NCBI GenBank assembly: GCA_949287685.1
Contig: CASEHF010000002.1
Span: 1-63,684, forward strand
Length of the DNA: 63,684 nucleotides
Reading direction: 5' to 3'
DNA from: an uncultured Christensenella sp.
GTDB taxonomy: Bacteria; Bacillota; Clostridia; Christensenellales; UBA1242
How positions within the stretch are numbered: position 1 is the stretch's first letter; every line of letters starts with the position of its first letter. The notes beneath the pieces are model-generated. The model was not told the DNA's origin and ran no database searches. It was given only the letters and a program-made list of their open reading frames with translations. The position numbers were made by a program, and so were the translations under genes. Shown one piece after another: positions 1 through 8,007 of this stretch.

Positions 1-27
1 TGCTTTTTTCTAAATAGTTTGCTTTTA

Positions 28-165
28 CTAAACTGTTGGTTCCTCTGGCTCTAATGTAGGTTCTGTAGTGATTTCTCTAAAAATTGCCGTAATTGTCTCG
101 CCCTCGAGGTCGGTCTTTGATATTGTCAAAGTAACATTAGTCTCAATAGGCTCACCCAGAGCATT
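28..165 (-). other. In-frame post-stop continuation of the lipoprotein C-terminal domain (46 sense codons, ending at TAG 28-30)
   Basis: Hand translation downstream of the TAA at 166-168 gives NALGEPIETNVTLTISKTDLEGETITAIFREITTEPTLEPEEPTV. This aligns in register with the giant ORF C-terminus QNSAGETVGSELTLTIEKSAINGDTITAVFQVVTEPGPEPEPEPEQPTT. Confidence 0.55.
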
Positions 166-2802
166 TTACCACTCTACAAACTCGTAGTTTTCGCTAGCGG
201 TGGCAACTGCGGTAACCGTGTCACCCTCATCATTTGTAATCTCGACACTACCACCAAGCCCCGCTGAAATTGGATAAGTCACTTCAGGTTCTGGTGCTGT
301 ATAAATCACACTTAGCACTGCGGACTCAGACTCTTTATAAATCTCGGTCTCGTTGTATTTAACATACACATTAACTAATCCGCTACCATCAAATGTATAA
401 GTATTTACACTCGACCACTCGCCTTCGTTAAAGCGGAAACTTACATCCTCGCTCTCAAAGCCAATAACTGTCAGCACATTGTCAGCGATAGAAATATTAT
501 TTTCTTGTGTCAACTCGGGGGCGGCACGAGTGAGTTTTTCCATAGTGAACACAATTACATTAGACACGCTTTCAGCATAGGTATCGGTTTCGTTAAACTT
601 AACTACTACTTTGTACTCAAGCCCAAGCGCCAAGCCCTCAAACACGGGCTCTATTTGCCAACTATCGCCGCCGTTTATACTATAACTTGCGTTTTCAAAT
701 GTCTTTATAACTAGACTCTGTCCATCTTGAGTCACATCCTCCTCCGCTAATACGGGCGCGGCTTGACTAAGTTTTGCCATTGTAAACTCGATTTGAGCCT
801 CGGCACTGTCAAGGTAAATCTCGTTGCCTAAAAATTTTACATATAGGGTGTAACTCTGACCCAAGGTTAAACCTGTAAACTGGTTACTCTCCTGCCACTC
901 GCCCTCACCGAGTTTATACTGTACAGTAGTAGCATTACCCTCAAAGCCCGTAATAGTTATATCATACTCGTTTTGAACGATGTTCTCTAAAGTGAGCACG
1001 GGAGCGGCTTGGGTAAGTTTATTCATTTTAAAGGTAACAGGTGTCGATGCTGGACTCTCGAGATAGGTAGCATTTTCTACATATTTCACAACTACTGAAT
1101 ATTCAGCATCCAATGCAAGTCCAATAAAAGTGCTACTCTCACTCCAATTTGCTCCACCATCGATACTGTACGCTACCTCGCCAGCCTCAAAACCGCTAAT
1201 GGTCAAATTTTGTCCATTTTGTGTAATACTCTCTAGTGTCAATATAGGTGCCTCACGCTCGAGTTTTGCCATAGAGAACTCGATAACATTAGACATACTA
1301 CTTGCGTACTGGGTCTCATTTTCGTTAAACATTACAGCAATTTTATAGGTTGCACCAATGGTTAAATCGGTAAACACATTGTTACTTAACCAAGTTTCGC
1401 CGCCATTTATACTATAACTTGCGTTCTCAAACGGAGTGATAGTTAGACTAAAGCCATCTTGCGAAATCATACTAGCATCAAGCACAGGAGCATCCTGGCT
1501 AGCCTTTACCACCTCATACTCAATGCTGCTAGCGGGACTCGCGTTGTAGTCGGCACTGCCCTTGTATCTAACATAGAATTTATAGGTTTGGTCATAATTT
1601 AGAGAGTCAAACACATTCGCATCGCGCCACAATGCACCATCGAGGCTATATTCAGCGTTTTCAAGCCCCGTTATCGTAACAGTCGTACCATTTTGCGAAA
1701 TATTGTCTAGAGTTAGAGCAGGCGCTGCTTGAGAAATCTTTTGCATAGTAAAGGTGTAAATCATCGACACATTACTTGCATAATGGGTGTCAGTCTCTAC
1801 TAATTTTACGCACACTTCGTACGACTGCCCAACTACTAAATCATCAAATACATTTTCATCGACATCACTCCACGAATCACCACCATCGATACTAAATACT
1901 GCACTACTATCCTCGAAGCCTACAATACGCAGTGAGTGGTCCTCCTGCACGAAGTTTGAAGCGGAAAGAACAGGAGTTAGTTGACTTAACTTATCAAAAG
2001 TACGGTAAACAATGTTTGACCAAGGCGACTCCTGCTGGCTAGCAGTCTCGGGATATTTAATACAAATTGCATAGGTTTTCCCAGGGGTAAGGTTGCTAAA
2101 CACGCGCGAAGTCTGGCTAGTCTTACCTCCATCGCAACTATACAACAAGTTTATATTATCATATCCATTTACTACAATGTTTAATACGCTTTGGTTAATC
2201 GCCACCCTATCACTATCCAAGAAAGGTGCATCTTGCTCCATTTTATCAATTGTCACATTGTATGGGCGACTAATCGCACTAGCGGCAGTGTCCGCTGTCT
2301 CTAATATACGCACGCGGAAACTATAGGTCTGCCCCGGCGAAAGGTTTGAAAACACATTATTATCGCTCCAAGTCACACCATTATCAGCACTGTACTGAGC
2401 GTTACTAAAGCCTATAATCTCGACCTTATTTCCGCTCACGATTACATTACTACTCAAAATCACAGGGGTCGCTGCGGGAGTTTTAACAACTTGTATCTCG
2501 ACAACTTGCGACACGGGCGACTCTAAATATTCCCTAGTGCGCGGGTATTTTACGCAAATACCGTAAGTACTATCATAGGTCAAATCTACAAAAATATTTT
2601 CCTCTTGCCAAGTAGCACCTCTATCTTTACTATAAAGGGCATCCTCAAAGCCATTTACGGTAATAGTGCGGTCAACTACCACAATATTACTGCGTGTCAA
2701 ATCTGGGGCTGCACGCTCCTGCTCGCCACAAGCACACAAAAACAGCGCACAAAAGGCAATTAGCAGGGCTGGTAAAAATACCGAAATTCGTTTACTAATC
2801 AT
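166..2802 (-). CDS. Surface lipoprotein with ten tandem ~87-aa Ig-like repeats and a C-terminal InlB-B-repeat-like (Listeria-Bacteroides repeat) module cut short by TAA
   Basis: 878-aa ORF with an AGGAGA RBS upstream of the ATG at 2802. The N-terminus MISKRISVFLPALLIAFCALFLCAC carries a signal peptide plus lipobox Cys. There are ten repeats of the pattern AP.L....I.Q.G..LTI.GFE.A.YS.DGG..W...NVF..L..G..Y...VK. The tail YPISAGLGGSVEITNDEGDTVTAVATASENYEFVEW parallels the giant ORF tail. Confidence 0.8.
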   Translation of the reverse strand: MISKRISVFLPALLIAFCALFLCACGEQERAAPDLTRSNIVVVDRTITVNGFEDALYSKDRGATWQEENIFVDLTYDSTYGICVKYPRTREYLESPVSQVVEIQVVKTPAATPVILSSNVIVSGNKVEIIGFSNAQYSADNGVTWSDNNVFSNLSPGQTYSFRVRILETADTAASAISRPYNVTIDKMEQDAPFLDSDRVAINQSVLNIVVNGYDNINLLYSCDGGKTSQTSRVFSNLTPGKTYAICIKYPETASQQESPWSNIVYRTFDKLSQLTPVLSASNFVQEDHSLRIVGFEDSSAVFSIDGGDSWSDVDENVFDDLVVGQSYEVCVKLVETDTHYASNVSMIYTFTMQKISQAAPALTLDNISQNGTTVTITGLENAEYSLDGALWRDANVFDSLNYDQTYKFYVRYKGSADYNASPASSIEYEVVKASQDAPVLDASMISQDGFSLTITPFENASYSINGGETWLSNNVFTDLTIGATYKIAVMFNENETQYASSMSNVIEFSMAKLEREAPILTLESITQNGQNLTISGFEAGEVAYSIDGGANWSESSTFIGLALDAEYSVVVKYVENATYLESPASTPVTFKMNKLTQAAPVLTLENIVQNEYDITITGFEGNATTVQYKLGEGEWQESNQFTGLTLGQSYTLYVKFLGNEIYLDSAEAQIEFTMAKLSQAAPVLAEEDVTQDGQSLVIKTFENASYSINGGDSWQIEPVFEGLALGLEYKVVVKFNETDTYAESVSNVIVFTMEKLTRAAPELTQENNISIADNVLTVIGFESEDVSFRFNEGEWSSVNTYTFDGSGLVNVYVKYNETEIYKESESAVLSVIYTAPEPEVTYPISAGLGGSVEITNDEGDTVTAVATASENYEFVEW

Positions 2803-2935
2803 ACTCTCTCCTATTTTTTATTTTAACTAAATTATATAAAATACTTTCGATAAAAGTCAACTAAAAGCGCAACTTAATTCAAAAATTCGACACCAAATTT
2901 TTCCGTTGGTTTGCTTTGATTTTCCGCAAAAATTA

Positions 2936-3300
2936 AAGATGAATAGATGCGGTGCGGAGAGCGCAGTGCGAAGGCGCACTCCCGATATAATGTAAATAAG
3001 GGTATTCGCTTTGTATGATGTTTGTGATTTGTTTGGAGTGTTTTAAGCGGAATAGATCCTTCGGCGCGGAGAGCGCGCAGCTCAATAAAAGTAATTAAGC
3101 GGAATAGATCCTTCGTCTAAAGGCTTGCGCGGGGAGCGCTCAGGATGACCCTAAAATATAGCGGTTCGCCTAGGCACCTCACTTTTTCCACCTATACTGT
3201 ATATTAGGTGTACTTGTTCACTACCTAGTACTTTTATATTGGGAGTGCGGCTTCGCACCGCCTTCGCACCGTGGGTCGAGGCTCAGATAGAAGCGGCACT
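2936..3300 (+). repeat. Family-1 mosaic GC-rich repeat, locus A (left module, two short AAGCGGAATAGATCCTTCG-anchored units, right module)
   Basis: Anchor motif at 2936, 3046 and 3097. The 22-bp inverted termini GTGCGAAGGCGCACTCCCGATA (2966-2987) and TATTGGGAGTGCGGCTTCGCAC (3237-3258) are 20/22 complementary. The modules recur at the loci near 16.2, 22.6, 36.9 and 50.2 kb. Confidence 0.85.
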
Positions 3301-3370
3301 TTCTAATAAAATTATTTAACACAAATTATTGTGTTTAAAAATTTCATAAAAATACGGTATAAAAAGAAAA

Positions 3371-3405
3371 ATCTGCAGCAGTTAATTTATTTGCTACAGA
3401 TTTTT
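3371..3405 (-). terminator. Hairpin terminator downstream of the DUF1858-like gene (bidirectional shape)
   Basis: ATCTGCAGCA (3371-3380) pairs with TGCTACAGAT (3392-3401) at 9/10 positions. The stem is flanked by A-run/T-run tracts and starts 4 nt after the stop codon at 3409. Confidence 0.5.
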
Positions 3406-3408
3406 GTT

Positions 3409-3711
3409 TTACTCTTTTTTCTCCTCGCCGCAGTCGCAACCGCAGTTGTCCTCGGGGGTGCAATCACATTCCTCCCCGCAAGTGCACTTTGAATCACCGC
3501 AGCCACAACCACAAGGCTCAGCCTCGAGACTGTTTAACTCTTTTAGCACATCCTCGACATCAATACCATGCACTTCGCACGCCTCCTCGAGCACCTCTGC
3601 CTGACTAACAGGACAACCACAGCAATGCATACCAAAGCCCTCTAAAATAGCGCGAGCATCGGGATTAGCAGCCAAAATCTCGCCCATAGTCATATCTTTA
3701 TTAAATTTCAT
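3409..3711 (-). CDS. DUF1858 / hybrid-cluster-protein-associated redox disulfide domain protein with a Cys-rich C-terminal tail
   Basis: MTMGEILAANPDARAILEGFGMHCCGCPVSQAE..LEEAC..HGID matches the DUF1858 pattern. The tail CGCGCGDSKCTCGEECDCTPEDNCGCDCGEE is Cys-rich. A GGAGAG RBS is present. Confidence 0.6.
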   Translation of the reverse strand: MKFNKDMTMGEILAANPDARAILEGFGMHCCGCPVSQAEVLEEACEVHGIDVEDVLKELNSLEAEPCGCGCGDSKCTCGEECDCTPEDNCGCDCGEEKKE

Positions 3712-3757
3712 AATTTTCTCTCCTTTTGAAAATGGAATGTTATTATTTTACCCAATT

Positions 3758-4924
3758 TTATTCCAAAATGCAACCACAATCACAAATTTGGTCGTTTTTA
3801 TCGTGAATTTTTCCACAATTTGGGCACTTTTTCTCATTTTCCCCCAATTTTTCCTCGGGTTCTTTGTTAATTTTCGGGGTCTTAATTTCAGTATCTAGGG
3901 CGATTGGCTGGCGCGGTTCCTTATGCTTTTTCTTGAGTCGAATCTGCTTTTGCAACAACTCGGCATCGCTAAGTTTCGTAAAATCTATAGGCTCGAGTTC
4001 ATCCTCTATTGCCTGCACTTTGGGCTCGGGCTCTAAGCGAGTTAAGTCTAGCGAATTTTTTGGAGCTTTTGTCTCTTTTTCTGCTTTTCCACCAGATACA
4101 TCAATCGTGACAGGCTCTTTCACATCCTCAAAATCGATGTTTTTCACAATCGCTTCAGCATCGATTTCCGCCTTGTCCTCCTTTTGAGCATCGCGCTTTT
4201 CCTGCTCCAAAAGCGCCGCGACTGCCCTACCGAAGTCGACCTTTTCAACCACAAAATCACTAATTTTTATACCGTATTTTTCGAGATTTTTAGTGACACT
4301 CGGAGCAATGATTTCAGCAACACGCGCCTTGTCATTTAGTACCTCGGGGTTATTTTCTCTGCTCCACTCCAATGCCGAAGTCGCAAACTCGCAAATATAC
4401 TCATTTAGTCGCTCCTGTGCCTTACCAGTGCCTATTTTCGCCCATTCGAGCAAAAACAAGCGCACAGTGTCCCCAGCTGATGTAGACTCATAGGTACATA
4501 CCCCGCTGAGGGCAATTGGGTATCTACCGAACTTTTTGTTGCCCTTTATGATATTCCCTGTCATCCACGGCTGGTCTGTTTGCGGTCGCATATTCACAAA
4601 ATACAAATCACATTTAAAGGAGTTTTTAAACACGACCTCTTGTTTGCCCTTTTTCTTGACCACGCGGCTTTTATCTAACTTTAGCGCGCGTGTGGTCTTT
4701 GGTATCATCGGTAAAGTCAATTCATACTCGCCCGCCGAAAACACATCGGTGGGCTTATCCTTAACCACAATTACTGCGCACCAGCCCTCATTTACAATTA
4801 GTTTTTCACCAAGTTTTACTTCGATTAATGAAGATGTCATCGGCTGAATAAACCCCGTACTAGACTGCTCGGGCAGTTGCAACACAGTGTCTTTTTTCTT
4901 TTTCAACGCACTAAATAACCCCAT
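3758..4924 (-). CDS. SPFH/band-7-like protein of the COG4260 type with a C-terminal zinc ribbon
   Basis: The start is placed at MGLFSALKKKK (ATG 4924, AAGGAGA RBS 4 nt upstream) rather than at the ORF maximum of 4954. The N-terminal body is family-typical, followed by a charged linker and then CPNCGKIHDKNDQICDCGC. Confidence 0.55.
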   Translation of the reverse strand: MGLFSALKKKKDTVLQLPEQSSTGFIQPMTSSLIEVKLGEKLIVNEGWCAVIVVKDKPTDVFSAGEYELTLPMIPKTTRALKLDKSRVVKKKGKQEVVFKNSFKCDLYFVNMRPQTDQPWMTGNIIKGNKKFGRYPIALSGVCTYESTSAGDTVRLFLLEWAKIGTGKAQERLNEYICEFATSALEWSRENNPEVLNDKARVAEIIAPSVTKNLEKYGIKISDFVVEKVDFGRAVAALLEQEKRDAQKEDKAEIDAEAIVKNIDFEDVKEPVTIDVSGGKAEKETKAPKNSLDLTRLEPEPKVQAIEDELEPIDFTKLSDAELLQKQIRLKKKHKEPRQPIALDTEIKTPKINKEPEEKLGENEKKCPNCGKIHDKNDQICDCGCILE

Positions 4925-5078
4925 ATTGTCTCCTTTTATATATCTTTTCGCCAATTTTTAGCAAATTGAGAGTTTATTTTTACTCAAGTTTCTAAGTGGC
5001 TCTGCATAGATTAAATTATAAAACATTTGCGATAAAAAATCAAACTACCAGCGATATAAAATTAAAAAAGGGGTAAAA

Positions 5079-5663
5079 ATGCAAAATTTTACACAAATCG
5101 TGGGCGCAAAAGTCATTTGCGCATACAATGCCGAGTTTGTTGGCACAGTACTGAACATTCAAATGGATAAATCGTATACCAAGGCTAAAAACTTAATCAT
5201 CTCAGGAGTAGATGATGAATCAATGTACCTACTCCCCATAAATCGCGTGCTAAGTATTGGCGAAATAGTAGTCATCCGCAACCGCTCTAGTTTGAGCGTA
5301 GTAGCAGACAGTCTACCTAGTAGCCTAATCAACACCATAGCAGTCACCATTACGGGTATCGATGCGGGCAGAATAACTGAAATCGAATTTGATAATAAAT
5401 TTTTAATTTCTAAAATTCAATGCGAAAAAATGACATTTGCTAGCAAACAACTCATAAATTCGAGCAACGGACTATCTCTATTTAACGACACCGAGAAAAA
5501 ATACAAAAATTCCACTTTCGCGCCGCGTACTCGCCCAATTAATACCGAGAGTGAAATCACGGTCGAGGCACTCGAATCTACTGCACCCACTCCTCTAAGC
5601 AGCGTGGCGACCCCTAGGACAATTATCGCTAGACTCCCCAAAACTTTTCGTGAACCAAAATAG
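5079..5663 (+). CDS. PRC-barrel-like (YlmC/YmxH-type) domain protein
   Basis: IVGAKVICAYNAEFVGTVLNIQMD....KNLIISG resembles a PRC barrel, and a second similar segment follows. A GGGG-type RBS is present. Confidence 0.4.
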   Translation: MQNFTQIVGAKVICAYNAEFVGTVLNIQMDKSYTKAKNLIISGVDDESMYLLPINRVLSIGEIVVIRNRSSLSVVADSLPSSLINTIAVTITGIDAGRITEIEFDNKFLISKIQCEKMTFASKQLINSSNGLSLFNDTEKKYKNSTFAPRTRPINTESEITVEALESTAPTPLSSVATPRTIIARLPKTFREPK

Positions 5664-5733
5664 TACTATGCACACCATTTTGCGCAGAATTATACCTCTA
5701 TATATGGGGTTTATCTAAAAAATGCATAATACT
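5662..5733. repeat. Family-2 inverted pair AGTACTATGCAC / TGCATAATACT at the gene 3' end
   Basis: The two arms at 5662-5673 and 5723-5733 are 10/11 complementary. The left arm overlaps the TAG stop of the 5079-5663 gene. Confidence 0.6.
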
Positions 5734-5846
5734 TTGAATTTAAAAAAAGCCATACTTTAGACAACCATTCCATTTCTCTTTGTGTAGTGGTAGGAGTTTA
5801 GTTTGTATGGCTTTTCTCAAACACTCCAAATGGAGTTCTGTTCTTT

Positions 5847-6704
5847 TTAGGTATTTTTCTTTTTCTTTTTACTCTTGCCCTTTACCTTTCGCTTGTGTTT
5901 TTTGTTTAACTTCTTTTGGTGGCGAAGGTATTTTTTATTGTCCTTTTTTTCCTTTTTCTCGTGCTTGTGGACAAGTTTTTCGGCTTTTATTTCGTGCTTT
6001 TCCTCTATTTTTGCTTCCTTTATTTCTTGCTTTATAATTGCGGCCTGCTGCTTCTTTTGGTCGCGCTTGATTTTTACTTTGATGTTAGTCTCGTTCTCCT
6101 TGCCTATGATTAACCGCTCGATATTTTTCCGATGTGCAAACCAAGTCAGCACGAATATCGCAAATGTGAGAATACTAATCGTTAGGTTAGGCTCTGGTAG
6201 CATTAAGTTCTGCGCTACTACCCCAACAGTCACGAGTATGAGTGAGGCAAGCGACACATACTTAACAAACCACACCAGCACAAAGCACACCACAAAAGTA
6301 ATCAGCGTAACGACCGGTTGAGCGACAAGGAATACTCCCATAGTGGTAGAGATTCCTTTTCCGCCCTTAAATTTATTTATAACTGGGAAAATGTGACCAA
6401 TTATCGCAGCGAGTCCGCACGAATACAGTCCTATTAAATTATCAGGATACCCGCCAATTCCACCAAACACAAAATACCCCGCTAGACTCACTGCAATTCC
6501 TTTCAGCGCATCAAGGAGTAGTGTCAAATACCCCATTTTTGCGCCCATTGTGCGGTACATATTCGTAGCACCTAGGTTACCAGAACCTCGCTTTGTTAGA
6601 TCTACATTATGGGCTTTGGATAAAATCTTACCGAAATTGACATTACCGATAAAATAACTAACGATTATCATTATCGCTAACAGCCAATAGGTCATTTCAT
6701 CCAC
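5847..6704 (-). CDS. plsY: Glycerol-3-phosphate acyltransferase PlsY, paralog 1, with a ~85-aa Lys-rich C-terminal extension
   Basis: GSGNLGATN and HIFPVINKFKGGKG motifs with a multi-TM core. The tail contains KKEKKDNKKYLRHQKKLNKKHKRKVKGKSKKKKK. An alternative start at MTYWLL (6695) has better RBS spacing. Confidence 0.85.
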   Translation of the reverse strand: MDEMTYWLLAIMIIVSYFIGNVNFGKILSKAHNVDLTKRGSGNLGATNMYRTMGAKMGYLTLLLDALKGIAVSLAGYFVFGGIGGYPDNLIGLYSCGLAAIIGHIFPVINKFKGGKGISTTMGVFLVAQPVVTLITFVVCFVLVWFVKYVSLASLILVTVGVVAQNLMLPEPNLTISILTFAIFVLTWFAHRKNIERLIIGKENETNIKVKIKRDQKKQQAAIIKQEIKEAKIEEKHEIKAEKLVHKHEKKEKKDNKKYLRHQKKLNKKHKRKVKGKSKKKKKNT

Positions 6705-6798
6705 CCCTTTTAATTAAATATAAATTATCTTTCAATTTTGAAAATATATGAGTTCATTGTGGAGTTATACTCACTAAATTAATCACACCAACAGCAGT

Positions 6799-7065
6799 CT
6801 ACAATGTTATATTTTGTTGCTTTTCTTTTAATTTTTGCTCGATTAGCCCAGTTATCATAATTAAGTTTTCGTTGTTTACATAATACTCGACATCGGGCCC
6901 TGGAGTCGCGTAAACATACACGCCCTCGGGATTTGCAATGGTTTCTTGTTTAAATACATGAGTACGCTCATACCTACGCAAAGTACGAATAATACGGTTC
7001 CGTACGCGAATCAGTTGCTCTAAACTCTTATTTCTATAATCTGCCTCTAACATTTTTATAATCAT
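6799..7065 (-). CDS. Hypothetical 88-aa protein between the two plsY paralogs
   Basis: GGGGGAG RBS 6 nt upstream. The start lies 3 nt after the plsY-2 stop. No domain recognised. Confidence 0.5.
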   Translation of the reverse strand: MIIKMLEADYRNKSLEQLIRVRNRIIRTLRRYERTHVFKQETIANPEGVYVYATPGPDVEYYVNNENLIMITGLIEQKLKEKQQNITL

Positions 7066-7068
7066 AGA

Positions 7069-7959
7069 CTACTCCCCCTGTTCTTTAGTGTCGGTATTTT
7101 TTAAATTTTCTTTACCATTTTCCTCTAAACTTTCTTTGTTGGCATTTTCTAAATTCTCTTTGTTGATATTTTGTCTTTTATCTGCTTTTTTGAAATTTTT
7201 TATACCCGTGTCTAAATTATCGGTATTATTCGGTTCTACCGCCGCCCCTTGCTCACAGTTAACCTCACTTTCTACAGCCCCGCCCTCGTTAGATTTTTTA
7301 GAAACCTTTTCGGTAATCTTTGCTAAAAGGTCGGTTTTGTTCTCTTTGCCTTGAATGAGTCTAGCAATATTCTGCCAGTGTGCCGCATACACCGCGACCC
7401 CTATCGCCACAATCAACAAAATCAGCACAGGGTCAGTAGCGGGCGCAAAGACAAACTCGGGCATAAACAGGCATTGCCAAACCACATTAATAAGTATAAA
7501 CAAAAGCGACATCGGCGAAACATATTTCACAATGCACGCAAGCCCTACGCACACCACAAAGGCAATAAGTGCAATAACGGGTTGAGCGACCAAAAACACC
7601 CCACACGAGGTCGCTGCTGCTTTTCCCCCGTGAAAACGGTAATAAAGCGGGAAAATATGTCCAATCACTGCCGCAAACCCACACGCATACAAGCCTATGT
7701 AACTCTCCGCAATATTAGCGCCGCCTCCAAAGGCAAGGTAGCCGACCAGTGCTGGCACAATTCCCTTTATTAAGTCAAAAAGCAGCGTAAGTAGTCCAAG
7801 TTTTGCTCCATAAGTGCGGAGCATATTTGTAGCCCCCGGGCTACCAGACCCCGTGGTCGTAATGTCGGTTTTCTCTTTGGCTGATAGAATTCGCCCAAAA
7901 CTAATACTCCCCACTAGGTAACTAACCATAATTAGCCCTATTAACAAAACTACATCCAT
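7069..7959 (-). CDS. plsY: Glycerol-3-phosphate acyltransferase PlsY, paralog 2, with a ~95-aa N/E/K-rich mixed-charge C-terminal extension
   Basis: GSGSPGATN and HIFPLYYRFHGGKA motifs with a multi-TM core, followed by a low-complexity tail. Confidence 0.85.
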   Translation of the reverse strand: MDVVLLIGLIMVSYLVGSISFGRILSAKEKTDITTTGSGSPGATNMLRTYGAKLGLLTLLFDLIKGIVPALVGYLAFGGGANIAESYIGLYACGFAAVIGHIFPLYYRFHGGKAAATSCGVFLVAQPVIALIAFVVCVGLACIVKYVSPMSLLFILINVVWQCLFMPEFVFAPATDPVLILLIVAIGVAVYAAHWQNIARLIQGKENKTDLLAKITEKVSKKSNEGGAVESEVNCEQGAAVEPNNTDNLDTGIKNFKKADKRQNINKENLENANKESLEENGKENLKNTDTKEQGE

Positions 7960-8007
7960 ACTAATTTATCCTTAAACTTTTCTAATCTTTACAAAACAAA
8001 AGTATCT

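Noticed and set aside
166-168. Stop-codon reassignment (TAA read as Gln) as the explanation for the in-frame TAA
   Set aside because: TAA, TAG and TGA each terminate ORFs of homolog-typical length here (TAA for the DUF1858-like gene, TAG for recO, TGA for the YhaO-like gene). Very long ORFs are free of all three codons. A local mutation, sequencing error or readthrough is more parsimonious.
2936-3300. A CRISPR-like reading of the AAGMGGAATAGATCCTTCG anchors as repeats with spacers
   Set aside because: Spacing is irregular (about 50-160 bp). The 'spacers' are themselves repeated between loci. Copies occur in both orientations within a locus, and no cas genes are present in the window.
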